In this document: piece by piece, positions 29,979 to 44,229 of the stretch | Layout of the letters: the number at the start of each line of letters is the position of its first letter | Position numbering within the stretch: the stretch's first letter is position 1 | NCBI GenBank assembly: GCA_951406725.2 | Contig: OX597817.1 | Coordinates: 163,556,001-163,620,000 of the forward strand | Reading direction: 5' to 3' | Origin: Octopus vulgaris | Taxonomy: Eukaryota | Length of the DNA: 64,000 nucleotides | Program-made: the position numbers and the translations under genes | Notes under the pieces: model-generated | Databases searched by the model: none | Seen by the model: only the letters and a program-made list of their open reading frames with translations | Told to the model about the DNA's origin: nothing

Positions 29979-29980
<2 letters not shown>
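29757..29980 (-). mobile_element. Short (TA)n-inserted element, probable Penelope-like pseudo-LTR, carrying a hammerhead motif
   Basis: Bounded by (TA)n; second copy at 46238-46442 with the same left boundary. Confidence 0.7.
29856..29893 (-). ncRNA. Minimal type-I hammerhead ribozyme fold, A6U core variant
   Basis: TCTTT CTGTTGA A GAGC GTAG GCTC GAAAC GT T AAAGA: 5-bp stem I, 4-bp stem II, palindromic ACGT stem III. Confidence 0.65.
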
Positions 29981-30017
<37 letters not shown>

Positions 30018-30267
30018 GGTCTAAGATTAATTCTGTATTTTGTATATTTTCATCTGTCTTACCCGCTTATGTTCTGGTGTTTGCGGAATTTCTCTGGAGA
30101 ACATTCTTTTCTTTGTAGTTAGAACGTAGGGGATCTTCTTCTAGCATATTGGATGTCCACTTAGTGGTCCTATTACAATTTTTCTGAATTTCCAGATTTT
30201 TCTATATGCTAGGCTACTGGTTTTAAATTGATATTTATTAAATTAATATTCAATTTATAACCCTCAA

Positions 30268-30320
<53 letters not shown>

Positions 30321-30321
<1 letters not shown>

Positions 30322-31352
30322 GAGAAAGTCAAGAATTATCCGCACTTTTGCCATAACATATCCTTATTATTGTCACACTGCCTTCTGCGCATGCATGCTT
30401 ATAGTCGGTACTATTGTGGTCACGTGATCAAAGTTTGGGCTTCATCGAGCCGTTTTTTCTTTCTGGATTTACAGTGTAAGCATGGCCGCTCCACTACCAA
30501 TGGGCACCAAAGAAGAATAAAGAGCAGTGATCAGATTTCTCTGGTCGTGAGGGGTGTCAGGTGCTGAAAATCATCCACGATGAGCTCGGCTTCTATAAAA
30601 CCTGTGCAAGATGGGTGTCAAGAGAGCTTACTGCAGAGAACAACCGCAAATACCTTGAGGTTTGCCAACGTTTACTCGATCGCTACAAGAATGAGGGCGA
30701 GGAATTTTTGAACAGAATAGTCGCAGGAGATGAAACGTGGGTCCATCATTATGAGGCAAAAGCCAAAAGACAGAGTCTGGAGTGGAAACATCCTGGCTCA
30801 CCAGCGACGAAGAAATGCAAGACTGGGTCTTCTGCAGGAAAGGTGATACTAAGGCTTTTGGGGGACTCAAAAGGTCTATACTGGAAGATTACCTGGAAAA
30901 GGGTGTACGATCAACAGTGCAAGATACAGTGCTTTGCTGGCCAACCTAATGAAGCCAGCATTTCGCACCAAACGCCGAAGCCTATTGTCGAAAAAACTGT
31001 TTTGTTGTTGCATTACAATGCATGCCCACCCACGGCCGCCCAGACCGTTGAAGCCATTAACCAAATGTGCTAAATACTTCCGATGAATTTTAGAACCTGG
31101 CACACCTTCTGACAAGAGAAATCGGATCACTGCTCTTTGTTCTTCTTTGGTGCTCATTGCTAGTGGACCAGCTATGCTTACACCGTGAAGCCAGAAAGAA
31201 AAATGGCGCGATCAGGCTCAAAGTTCGATCACGTAGTCACAATGGTACTAACTATAAGCGCACATGCGCAGAAGACAGTGTTTACAAAGCAGTGTTTACA
31301 ATAATAAAGATATGTTATGGCGAAGGCACTGATAATTTTTGACTTTCCCTCG
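30321..31352 (+). mobile_element. Rearranged mariner with two inverted 5' ends
   Basis: TIRs cgagaaagtcaagaattatc / gataatttttgactttccctcg in TA context. Plus strand gives TKEE*RAVIRFL...CARWVSREL...GDETWVHHYE...LLHYNA; minus strand gives a second N-terminus STKEEQRAVIRFLLSEG. Confidence 0.9.
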
Positions 31353-31424
31353 TATATACACGCGCGCACACACAAACACGCAAACACAAACATATACATA
31401 TGCATACATAAATGCAAACTGACA

Positions 31425-31457
<33 letters not shown>

Positions 31458-31870
31458 ACAGAGGGAGGAAGATTAATGAAAAGTACGTGTGTACCAATGA
31501 TTGCATTTATCATAATCCTGTCAAAGGTTTAAGACGTGATTATCTGTCTGTTATCAATTCTGTAGTATATCTACTCTCAAGTTCATTAACTCAGCACTCC
31601 TTATCAGCCACTTGTATTCAATATTGTTGTAATAGGCTTTGCAGTCTTACAGATCGTGCGTAGATAAATATAGTTGAAATACAACTGAACAACCTACTGA
31701 AATAGAATTGTGCATGGTTGAAAGAAAATAATTGGTTTCTAAGTAGACACAGAGCAAGACAGCAAGCTAACAGAACCGTCAGCACTCCGCGCAAAATCCT
31801 CAGCAACAATTTATCCTTCTTTGCATTCTAATGTTTTACGTTCTTGTCCCAGTTTGTATTTTTTTACATT

Positions 31871-31918
<48 letters not shown>

Positions 31919-32415
31919 CATACAAATACATATACATATGCATATATATCACATCATAATGTCATTTAAGCACATAAAGAACTTGTGCATGAAAATATTA
32001 GCGCGTAGTAGCTGACATGCAATCTCAGCGATAAAATTGTAGGCAATAGATCCTCCATAAAGTTATCCACACCAAAACAAATTAACCCGTGAATAATGAT
32101 CAAAATAATTTTTACGATTAAGTCCACACGATTTTGCCCGCCATAAAAGGAACCGATACAAACGTCAAGTCTGTACATTACCTGACGATGAAACAGTGAT
32201 GATCTTGGAACGTTGAATATGGATTTAGGAACTTTATTGCTCCACATTCCTTGTCTTCACTGTAATTAAAAGGATTAAACAACAACATAGTCGTTTATTT
32301 AATGGAAAAGACATATATCTCTATCTGTGAATGTGTGTACTTGTGTGTGTGTGTGGTGTACAAGTATATATATGTTTATACATATGTATATACATACACA
32401 CAAAATCTATATGTA

Positions 32416-32632
32416 CAGGGTGGCCCAAAAGTAGGTTTACAGTTATTCAACTATCTTTCGCATTCATATATTAACAGTTTAGATCTTAATTATAGAAAAA
32501 TATGAAAGCATTATTCTATGCTTATTTATATAATAAACAATATGACTGCAAGATAGAAATTTAAATAAAATGTTTGAAAAGAAATTCAAAGTGCCTACGT
32601 GATAACTGTAAACCTACTTTTGGGCCACTCTG
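32416..32632. mobile_element. 217-bp Tc1/mariner-type MITE
   Basis: About 31-bp TIRs cagggtggcccaaaagtaggtttacagttat / ataactgtaaacctacttttgggccactctg; TA TSD. Confidence 0.92.
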
Positions 32633-32835
32633 TATATCTATATTAATTAATTAATAACGAAGGAACAGCAATTACGTTTCCAAATTAATTAGCTTATAAG
32701 AAGCGGCGCACTCGGAGGCGAGTATGAGTGCAACATCTTGCAGTCTCCTTGCAGGCATAGAATCGAAGTGTATGTTTAGTTTGGAAAGCATTTAAAGGCA
32801 TAGAAATATATAAATAATCTAATGCGGTTTACCAT

Positions 32836-32925
32836 ATGTGTGTTTGTGTGTGTGTGTACGTGTGTGCGCGCGCATGTGTGTTTGCGCGCGTGTGTGTATG
32901 TGTGTGTACATATATATATATATGT

Positions 32926-32963
<38 letters not shown>

Positions 32964-33135
32964 TCGCGCACAAACGAATATACACGCTCACGCAAATATA
33001 CACAGCGAGAGAGAGAGAGAATGAGAGAGAGAAAGAGAGAGAAAGAGGGAGAGAGAAAGCGGGAGAGAGAAAGAGAAAGAGAGAAAGAGAGCGAGAGAGT
33101 GATATGTTGATAGATAGAAAGACAGATAAATAGAC
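32836..33135. repeat. Compound TG/TA/CA/GA microsatellite
   Basis: Direct reading. Confidence 0.92.
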
Positions 33136-34368
33136 AGGAATACTTTTTGTTCATCAAAATGACAAAATTAAAGTTTACTATGTTGGACTTTGTTGATTTA
33201 GAATTAATAGATTTTGGTATTGAATACGTTCGAAGACAATTCGTTTTGAAGCAAAGATTTGAATTTTTCAGCGGAAACAGCAAGATATAGTAATTAGTCA
33301 GAGAAATGAAATAAATAATTTATTAAAAAATAAATCACTAAGATTAATTATTCTGAGACGCCATTCACAAGAATAACAATGATTAAGTTTAGATCTAAAT
33401 ACTTAACGAATTAAACTCCACCAGTGCAATTAGAAATACTCAGATATTGAAGAGAAAGACATCAGTAGTTCAATCATTGATTGCATTTTAACCATTTCGG
33501 TAACTACGGGAGACAACTGCATGCATGTTTTGGTCCGATCAGACCTCAATAGCAGATTGTAGATTTTTACTGTACTTTTTAAGTACAGTTCAGAATATTT
33601 ACAGTATAATATTTACAGTATTCTGTTGTGTCTGGGGAGAGTCATTTTCTTTTTGTGCCTTATAATATAACACACTCACCGGTAAAATTTCCACTTTTTC
33701 TTATTTTTATTTTCTTAAAATATAAAGAATCTTGCAAACCAAATCCAAAAACGATATATTTACAGTATTTTCATGGCTTCTGAAACAATCATTGATTTAT
33801 AAAGAAATCATCTGAGAGAATTACAGATGCTTATACAATTCATGGGGAGAAATGTTAAAAAAAAAGAACAATAATAATTTTGAGTGTTTTATGCATTTCT
33901 TTAGCAACCATCTCTGTTTAAATACTTCATCTACTTATTTAGTAATTTAGATTATACTACATTATTCTTCTACCGATGAATGATGTCTTTATTAAGTTGC
34001 TTATCATCACAACTATTATTAAATATTTACGTCTTGTATAATATTTAGTCGTTATCTTTTAGACACGTCTCTTCCTGTCGTCACTGTGTAACCCAAAGGC
34101 ATAGTTACTTGGTACTCAACAACCGAGCAGTTGCTGTCGTTGTTATCACCGTAAGTGTTGTTGCTGTTGTTTAGATTCAGGTTGGCATACATAGAGGAAC
34201 TCGTATTGAAAGCAAATCCAACCGTAGTTGGACTACATTATTTAATGCGTTCAGTTTTATATTTAAAGTGGTATGGTGTGAATAGAGATTTTACTGTTAT
34301 TTTAATTTCCAACTATAACACGAAAGATAATAAGGGAGGTCATTAATTCAGAAATTTTGAATTAAATA

Positions 34369-34934
34369 TTGGGTTGTCCGGAAAGTTCGTGCCAATTTAT
34401 AGTAGCTTACCGTTCGACTTATTTTAGAACGTAATTGAGTCCATAAAATAGGATTTGACTACACCTCCATTTAGAGCACAGTTTAAGCTATCTTTTCGTG
34501 GAAGAAGGTTTATGTTCATATAACCTGTGTTAATTCTGTAACCCCTTAAAATAGAAGAGAAGAAAGTTCATTTTCGGCACTTGATGCTTTGGGAACCAGA
34601 CAAAAATTGCTGCAGCTCGGCTGGGGTGTGTTACCCCACCCTCCATATTCACCAGATATTGCTCCTTCGGATTTCCACTTATTCAAGTCTCTGCAGAATA
34701 GTCTTAATGGTAAAAATTTCAATTCCTTGGATGATGTAAAAAGATAGCTTGATGAATTCTTTGCCATGAAACCACCTCAATTCCGGGAAGAGGGTATTTT
34801 CAAGTTAAAGGAAAGATGGAGATGCATTGTGCAACAAAATGGTTCATATTTGGTTGATTAAAAGTGTAAAGGCAAGTATTTATTGACCTTTTTCTTTCCT
34901 TTAAAAATCGGCACGAACTTTCTGGACAACCCAA
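34369..34934 (+). mobile_element. Internally deleted mariner
   Basis: TIRs ttgggttgtccggaaagttcgtgcc / ggcacgaactttctggacaacccaa; TA TSD; LGWGVLPHPPYSPDIAPSDFHLFKSLQNSL. Confidence 0.95.
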
Positions 34935-36814
34935 TATATAGGCACACACATAATTTATAAAAAAAAAAATCAAGCGTATCTCATGTATATAAATTCTCTT
35001 AAATTGATGAGCGCAAGATAATTGAAACAACCTTCATATCATAATGACTGTGAAATTTGAGAATCTGTCACAACTTCACGTTCTGTTCCTAATTTACATC
35101 CCCCCCACTCTCTCTGTAACTCTCTCCTTTTCTCACACTCTGCATATTTCTCTCTCTCTCTCTCTCCATTTTCGCGCTCTCTCATACCGAACCATTTCCA
35201 TCACTCAACGCCACCATTAAAAATATTTTGTTATCTTATAAAACTAACATTGTTGAAAATAAGGACATTTTTAATTAAAAAGTAAATCATAAAAGAGAAG
35301 CAAACAAAACTATGATTCTGAATTCATAAACATCTCTTCAGAATACATAAAAATAAATAGGGTTTTTTTTTCTGTTTACTTTCCATAAGTTACTGTTTAA
35401 AGATGCCACATCTTCTATCTATCCATTTTCTTTCCCTCTTTCATTCTCTTTCTCACGCTCTTCCATTTCTATTTCTTTGTTATTCCTTTGTTTCCTTCCT
35501 GTCTTACTTATTTGCATCCCTTTCTCCTTCCTTCCTTCCTTTCCTTTTTCCTCCTTTCTCTCGTTCCCCTTTTGTCTCTCCCATTTTTGCTCACCCAGAC
35601 ATTATTTGATTGTCAAATATTTACTGCGTTTCTGCAATTCACAACATGAGAAGTATTAAATAAATGGCATATTATATAACAAAAACGGATCAGTTACTTG
35701 CTGAACTAACGCTAAACATTTTAGAAGTAGTTTAGAATGGTTCTTATTATATTTACCATTATTTCCACTTTCTGGAAATTTTCAATACCTTTAGTGCAGA
35801 TTTACTTGCATTTTCTCCTTAGTATATAACTCCATAATTTACACTTGAGTACAAAACATATAAACAAGCTCGAATGCATCTAGAGGAAGCAACTTTATAT
35901 ATCTTTTAATATATCATTGACAAAATTAGGCTAATTTTGATGGTTGTGGCCGGCTCTGATAGAGCAGATAAATGGTCAAAAACATTCCAAGTATGACCAT
36001 CTCATCTTTGTTTTAGATATTTTATAACTAGGACTACATTATCCAACGCGTACTTTTTTAATATGGCGAGGTGCAGTTTCGGGTGATTTTTTTCTGCTAT
36101 TTCCAGTAAACCACATAAAGGCTTGGTTTTATTCGGTTGTTAATACAATTAATTTTTCTCATTAAATTTCTCATTTAGATAAAGATAAAATATGATATGC
36201 CCAGTTATTCTTCCTATTTTCGCCATAATGTTTAGTGAGTGATAGCTACATCAATAGCATCATGACTTCAGCCAAGTAATCAGTATTTCTTTAGAGTCCA
36301 ATGCAATTATTGCGGAATTCAGGAAGTTGGATACATTGATTGGTTTTCTCCTCTTATTAACTTCATATTTTGTACTTTGTAGTTTCACTTACACATTTCA
36401 ATCATTTCGATCGCCGACCATTGTTAGTTTTTCCATTTCCCTGTGGTTTTGGACAAAGATGTCCATATTCCTTGCTTAGACATGAATATTCCATGTTCAA
36501 ATTCAGTCAGAAACAATGTTCATATTCACGTTGATGACGCCTGGCGACGATGAGAGTTGGAACTAATTGAAAATGTGCGTAATTTGGAAACACGAAAGAT
36601 ATAATTATTAGCCTGTAAAACTTTAATTTTCACCTCAGGAGCTTTGACATAATTAATCAGATAATTGTAGAATTTTTCACATCACGACTGTCACTGAAGA
36701 AAATGAAGTACATTTGAAATTAATGAATTTATTCAAATCATTTATGTTGATTGCCAAAAGAGTGCTCTAGATAGCGAGTCTGGGTAACGAGCTAGCATTT
36801 GAATAATATTTTTT

Positions 36815-37150
36815 TTCTAACAAAATCAATGGGGTGGCAAGCGCAAACAAGAAATGATTCATCAAAATGGGATGCTGTGAGTTTGCAGTCCAGTCCCTAT
36901 ATAGAGCTTACAACATGCTGACATCACAGAGGGCCAGTTGGCAGAAGGCCATCAGGCTGGTTGTGGAGGTTGTAGAGGTTACCTTAAGGTGGCTGCGATT
37001 CAGGAAGTGTGAGCCTACGAAAGAGTAATGCTCTCAGTTGTAGTACTAAGTGGACATAAGCTGGGACTTGATCAATCCTGACTGGGCCACCTTTGTTCAA
37101 CCACTCGCAGCGCTTAAGTCAACCTAAGCGCTTAAGTCATCATCCTAAGA
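36815..37150 (+). mobile_element. 3' end of a decayed RLE-type LINE, HERO-like
   Basis: GWQA..IKMGCCEFAVQSLYRAYNML and AIRLVVEVVEVTLRWLRFRK resemble the HERO C-terminus (VEVGCRGF...AE.AS.WLW). Confidence 0.55.
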
Positions 37151-37164
37151 GAATCACCGACTAT

Positions 37165-37379
37165 TGATTTCAAATATTGGTACAAGGCCAGTAATGTGGG
37201 GTGAAAGGGGCAAGTCGATTACGTCAACCCAGTACTTAACCGGTACTTCTTTTATCGATTCTGAAAGGATGAAAGGAAAAGTCGACCTCGACGAAACTCG
37301 GACTCAGAACGTAAAGATGGTCGAAATGCTGCTAAGCATTTTGTCCGGCGTGCCAACTATTTTGTAAACTCGCCACCTT
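37165..37379 (-). mobile_element. Older SINE A
   Basis: gaaaggatgaaaggaaaagtcgacctcg...actcagaacgt. Confidence 0.8.
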
Positions 37380-38048
37380 CATCGACTATTAATTAGTATT
37401 ATTGATAATGCGCTTACATGAGGTACTGTATTTGTATTTCATCATTCTTGCCTTCCATTTCTAAGTGAAAGGAAACACAAACCATTGAACAACTCCCTAA
37501 CTGGTCATTGCGGCACACTCTTAACTAGATCTTTACCTTTTCTATTTGCAGCCATACCAGCAGTTCTACCCTTCAACCGGTTCCAATATTTTATTCCCTC
37601 GTACTATGAAACTTCTCAAAGTATACAGTGTATGCATAGCCTTCACTCAGCGATAAATACTTCTGGGTTACTGGCGATGCTGTATCGGAAAATTGCAGAT
37701 ATATTTATATAACGAAATTGCAATTTCTCGTTTTAAAAATATGCCGAGGCCTGTAAACTAGCCAAAATAATTTTGGAAACGTTAGAAGTTCTCATCATGT
37801 GAGAATATTAAATTATCAAACAACATAACAACTTACCCTTAAACAGTGCGAATTATCTTTTGCTACCTATTGTAAAATTCTATTGTTGGCTGCGTTTGCA
37901 AAAAATAAAAAAAATAAATGAATATCTTTCAGAGAAACCAATTACGAAAATCGAATGTAAAACCCAAAAATGAAAAGTAATATATAAAGATGTTTTAGAT
38001 AGAAGTGGCCAGGGATGTGTGTGGAAATGTCTTCTCTGTGCTGTACCA

Positions 38049-38096
<48 letters not shown>

Positions 38097-38502
38097 TAGG
38101 CGAAGGAGTGGCTGTGTGGTAAGTAGCTTGCTTACCAACCAGATAGTTCTGCGTTCAGTCCCACTGCGGGGCACCATGGGCAAGTGTCTTCTACTATAGC
38201 CTCGGGCCGACCAAAGCCTTGTGAGTGGATTTGGTAGACAGAAACTGAAAGAAGCCCCTCGTATATATGTATACGTATATATATGTGTGTGTGTGTATTT
38301 GCGTGTTTGTGTTTGTCCCCCAAACATCGCTTGACAACCGATGCTGGTGTATTTATGTTCTCGTCACTTAGCGATTCAGCAAAGAGACCGATAGACTAAG
38401 TACTAGGCTTACAAAGAATAAGTCCTGGGGTCGATTTCCTCGACTAAAGGCGGTGCTCCAGCATGGCTACAATCAAATGACTGAAACGAGTAAAAGAGTA
38501 AA
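38097..38502 (+). mobile_element. SINE family B, between (TA)n tracts
   Basis: Matches the B consensus. Confidence 0.92.
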
Positions 38503-38504
38503 AG

Positions 38505-38572
<68 letters not shown>

Positions 38573-38573
38573 A

Positions 38574-39100
<527 letters not shown>

Positions 39101-39680
39101 TTCGTTGATTTTTCTGTGCTGTCTTATTCCAATTAGTGGAGTTTTTTTTTTTTTTTTTTAATATGGTCATCTGCCAAAAAAGTAGCAAATATTGCCATAC
39201 TTTATTAAAATTTACGTGAGAAAAATTAGAATACCTTACAAGACTGGAATGTCAGTATTGTTGCTGTTGTTGCTGCTGTTGTTGTTGTTCCAACTGACCT
39301 TATCTGTGATCCCAATATTACTCATGCTATTGTTTCTGTTATTTACTCATTATTTCCTTTTTTTTTAAACCTAAACTGTTATCGATACTAATATTATTAC
39401 CGTTGTTGTTACTCTTACTTTTTTAATTTTTATGGTGTTGTTTTGGTTTATTTTCTTTTGTTTTAACTGCTGCTGCTGTTATAGCTATCTTGGCTGCAAG
39501 TATTCCTTTAAGAATTGCTGTTTCTCGATATTAGTACTGACACTGCTGCTGCTGTTGTTGTTGTTGCCCTCTTTTTTTTTTGTTTTTTGTTTAAATTTCT
39601 ATTAATATTACTGATGGAAATATGTAGCTTCTCAATTACCAACATCGCTACGGCTGCTACTAGTCTTCTCCTCCCCTTTT

Positions 39681-39681
<1 letters not shown>

Positions 39682-39714
<33 letters not shown>

Positions 39715-39850
39715 GCTACTACTACTACTACTACTACTGCTGCTGCTACTGCTGCTGCTAGTACTACTACTACTAATACTACTACTAGTATTACTACTAC
39801 TACAACTACTACTACTGCTGCTGCTGCTGCTATCATTATCAATAATAATA
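39682..39850. repeat. (CTA)n/(CTG)n compound microsatellite
   Basis: Direct reading. Confidence 0.95.
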
Positions 39851-39854
39851 CTTT

Positions 39855-40055
39855 ACTTTCTACTAGAAGCACAAGTCCTGAAATTTCAGTGGGAGGGGAT
39901 AAATCAATTACATCGACCCCAGTGTTTCACTGGCAGTTAATTTATCGACCCCGAAAGGATGAAAGGCAAAGTCAACCTCGGCGGAATTTGAACTCAGAAC
40001 GTAGCGGCAGACGAAATACCGCTATGCATTTCGCCCGGCATGCTAAACCATCACC

Positions 40056-40089
<34 letters not shown>

Positions 40090-40632
40090 TTCTCTACTAT
40101 AAATACAAGGCTTGGAAGTTTGGTGAACGGTGCTAGTCGATTACATCGACTCGAGTACATAACTGTTACTTATTTTAGCGACTCCGGAAGGATGAAAGAC
40201 AAAGTCGCCCTCGGTTGAATGTGAACTTAGAACACAAACAGACAAAATACCATTAAGCGTTTTTCTTTGCAAACGATTCTCCTAGCTCGCCGCCTTACAA
40301 CCAATTATAATAATGGTTTATGATATAGGCCCAAGGCTAGCAATTTTGAGAGGTGGGAGTCAGTCGACACCATCCCATCGATCCCATACTTTTATGTTAG
40401 TTTATTTTATCAATATTGGTTTCAAATTTTTGGCACAAGGCCAGCAAGCTAGGGCGCGGGTGAGTTGATTGCATCAACTCCAGTGCTCAACAATTACTTA
40501 CATTATCGACCCCGAAAAGACGAACAGTAAAGCTGGCCATGTCAGAATTTGAACTCAGAATGTAAAGACGGACGAAGCGCCGCTAAGCATTTTTATCCGG
40601 TGTGCTAACGGCTCTGCCAGCTAGCCCACTTA
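39855..40632 (-). mobile_element. Cluster of three same-orientation SINE A copies of different ages (about 39855-40047, 40087-40296, 40417-40632)
   Basis: Repeated gaaaggatgaaaggcaaagtc-like and gaactcagaa motifs, with AAT-rich spacers. Confidence 0.8.
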
Positions 40633-40670
40633 ATAACAACAACAACAACAATAATAATAACAACAACAAC

Positions 40671-40727
<57 letters not shown>

Positions 40728-40728
<1 letters not shown>

Positions 40729-41267
40729 CAGGCATTGGCTTCCATAGCTTTTGATCTTAACTGATTGGAAGTGTTATCATGTACATTGCTATGTCTTGGT
40801 ATAAAAGATGGGCTGCAGCAAATATTCTGCTCAATACCACAGATTTGCTTGTCAGTTGTTAGACCTTAACCAGTTGAGCATGTCCCTTGGTGGCTGACGA
40901 TATGTGCATCTCAGATCACGAGCAGAAGTAGTGGGGGAGCATCATAGCCATGTGTTGAGAGGGATTCTTTGGGATTTGAATAATTCACCTCTGGAAACAT
41001 GGGTGGTTCTTTCAACATCCTTAAACAACCCTTATTCAGGGACCTTTTGAGCAAGATGGGCTACTCAACCTGAAGAAAATTCTAACTGGGCCCCACCTGC
41101 AAGGTCATGTGCTGTTTATCTTGATATGAGATCACCATGTCGCGCACATATGGTTGTGATGCATGTGCCTGGTGTACCCTTATCAGACGAGCAGTGATGA
41201 CGGGTATACTGGGCTTCGTATACTTTACCCCAGTATTACTTTGATGGTAAGCAGTGCTCTCTCACTC
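40728..41267 (+). mobile_element. 540-bp apparently non-coding insertion flanked by (AAT)n; probable AAT-targeted retroelement 3' part
   Basis: Sharp AAT boundaries. The end ggtaagcagtgctctctcactca resembles ggcatacactgctgtatcactca, which precedes the tracts at 18073 and 19995. Confidence 0.55.
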
Positions 41268-41283
41268 AATAATAATAATAATG

Positions 41284-41359
<76 letters not shown>

Positions 41360-42619
41360 TGGTGTTGGTGGTGGATGATGATGATGATGATAATGTTGAT
41401 ATTGGCGATATCGATGATGATGACAGTAATAATATATCTTCTCTTTATTAGCTTCAGTGAGCAATTTTTTTCTTTATATGAAACGTTTATGCTCACATAG
41501 AGATTGGATTCATGAAGGTTTTTGCCGTAATGTCAGAATTCTGTTATGAAATACCTGTGTTCTTATCGACTTCCGTGTTATAAATTGTGATGCATTTTCT
41601 ATGAAAGTATTTCACAAAAAAAAAAAAGACACTGCAACTACTTCTATGATCATATCTATATTTTCTGTAAGTTGGGTGATGTTCTTTTTCTCCTATTTAT
41701 CGTCTCTAAAAAAGAAAAAGAAATGTTTATTTTACGTTCGTCTATTTTTTGTTTTTATTCCTTGTCTGTTTATATTAGCGCTACCCCAATTCCTGTGAAT
41801 ACTGTCATAGAAAGAAGCCATTATTTAGCAAGTAGTAAATAAGCGTTTTTCGAATGCTGCACTTTCTATTAGGAAATTCTTGGTTAAGTGCTTGTATGAT
41901 CAACTATCAAAACTGATTCCAGTGAAGTGAAAGTTTTCCCATTTACCCTGAACAGCTACAGTATTATATATGGAAATCATCTAGCCACAAAATGTTTTCT
42001 TTCCGAATAGGAGAAGCACTGGCAGCCATTTTGTCTTCCGCTACAATGAACTGAAGAATTATGGGTACATCACCCACCAATGACATTCTATGATTATGAA
42101 TATTCTGCCTGTCTGCTCGTTGTAATATGGTGTAATAACGTGAAACATGCCAAGTGTTTAACATTTGTACTTTTGCTGATTAAATTACATTTTTCCGGGT
42201 TTTTTTTTCACGTTGGTATAACTAATTACTTTTGTGAATACTGACATTTTACCATTGCGAAATCTAATAATTTTACCAATGCACAGCTAATTCCTAAACA
42301 TTAGTGTTCATGATTTCCTTTCGGGGAAAAAATGCATTGGTGTAATCTAATAATTCCATCAACGAGCATAAGAGAATGGTGCTGTTTAACACCATAATCC
42401 AGAATCAAAAGAGATTTCAACCGTCCTTCTTGGGCAAAGTATACATTTCTTATACCACAGTTACTTTGTAAGACAGTTGAATGTGATTCAATGACGATTT
42501 AACATCTATTTCTATATGACGTGCGATCACATAAGCGCTTCTTCTATCCTGAAATAGACGGTGGTAGTCCAGAAGTTACCAACAGTTTCACAAAAGTTTT
42601 CTGTATAATGAGCAATATA

Positions 42620-42880
42620 AAATAAAAATAAATGCGCCCTTTTAAAGCCTAGCCAGGTTCATGGGCCTGGTTTCCCGGTTTCAATGGCGTATGTGTTCCC
42701 CAGCTGGACGGGACGCCAGTCCATCGCAACGTTACTCATTTTTGCCAGCTGAGTGGACTGGAGCAACGTTAAATGAAGTGTTTTGCTCAAGAACACAACG
42801 CGTCGCCCGGTCCAGGAATCGAAACCACCATTTTACGACCATGATGCTGACACCCTAACCACTAAGCCACGCACCTCCCC
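42620..42880 (-). mobile_element. SINE family C
   Basis: TSD aatgagcaatata. Confidence 0.93.
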
Positions 42881-43298
42881 AATGAGCAATATACTGCTTA
42901 TATAATGAGCAAAACTTATGAACGAAACAAAATAAGTTGTACATTTATATCCGCACGGAGATGTATCTTTGTACTTAACTTCCACACAGAAAAGCGTCAA
43001 TATTGATACTTGCGTATTTACGGCACGTTGATAAAATTAATTACAAGATAACTCAACGGGAAAATATTTAGTATTTAAAAAATAACTAGTTATACACACG
43101 AGAAAAAGGAAATGATTTGCTCAACAAAAAATTGAATATTATGCTTGCAGTATTTTTCTACGATTTGTTGCTTGTTGCGTACTGTTTACTACGGCTCCTG
43201 CATGTCTGACAAAGATTTGAGGAGATTCAACGTTAACACATTCGATATTAATGTGTTTGACAGTTACGCATTTATGCATATCTTACCGAATATCTAAA

Positions 43299-43626
43299 AA
43301 AAAAAGACTCCGCCGGTTACGACGACGAGGGTCCCAGCTGATACGATCAACGGAACAGCTTGCTCGTGAAATTAACGTGCAAATGGCTGAGCATTCCACA
43401 GACACGTGTACCCTTAACGTAGTTCTCGGGGATAATCAGCGTGACACAGAGAGTGACAAGGCTGACCCTTTGAAATACAAGTACAACTCATTTTTGCCAG
43501 CTGAGTGGACTGGAGCAACGTGAAATAAAGTGTCTTGCTCAAGGACACAACGCGTCGCCGGGAATCGAACTCACAACCTTACGATCATGAGCCGAATGCC
43601 CTAACCACTAAGCCACGCGCCCTCAC
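43299..43626 (-). mobile_element. SINE family D (C-type head + E-type tail)
   Basis: TSD taccgaatatctaaa; head matches family C up to cagctggcaaaaatgagt, tail matches 28347-28520. Confidence 0.9.
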
Positions 43627-43845
43627 TACCGAATATCTAAAGAGTAAATCATCGTGCTAAATAAGAAAGGAAGTGTCTCAGAGTATGAAGTATTTATCTG
43701 CCTTTATCAGTGGGAAAGAAAATGTGTCTCGAATTGCAACAATTCACTATAATAGCACAAAGCTATGATATTTTAAAGTGGAATTTATACGATAACAATT
43801 GAAAGCACTCATGTGAATTGTTTCTTATCTGAATAATATTAAAAA

Positions 43846-44229
43846 CTAGCAGTATCGCCCGGCGTTGCTCAGGTTTGTAAGGGAAATAACTATAAAGCAT
43901 TTTGAGAGAGTTATAGCCAAAAAATAGGAAAAAAATGGAAAAAAATTATGGTAAATTTTTTTTGAGAGTAAAAAAAGGTGGAGTTGCGTCCCCTAGACAG
44001 TTTGCGGTTTGTGTTTCTGATTCTCGACCCCATGTCGAATTTATCGATTTTTTTCAGAACTGGGGGAACTTTTCAAAATTTTCGCTGCGTTAGTTTTGAA
44101 TTATGACATTGGGCTATGTGTGTGTCAAGTTTCATCAGAATCGGTTGAAAGCCGTGGTCAGGGTGAGGGTACAAGCAAACAGACACACAGAAACACGCAC
44201 AGACAAACTGCCGTTTATATAGAGAGAGA
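43846..44229 (-). mobile_element. Non-autonomous Helitron
   Basis: On the minus strand: 5'-TC start, 3'-CTAG end, subterminal GC-rich imperfect hairpin cctgagcaacgccggg, inserted between host A and T with no TSD. Confidence 0.8.

Noticed and set aside
30561-31073. Functional or domesticated transposase
   Set aside because: The HTH region is deleted, the frame is shifted, and the third catalytic Asp region is missing.
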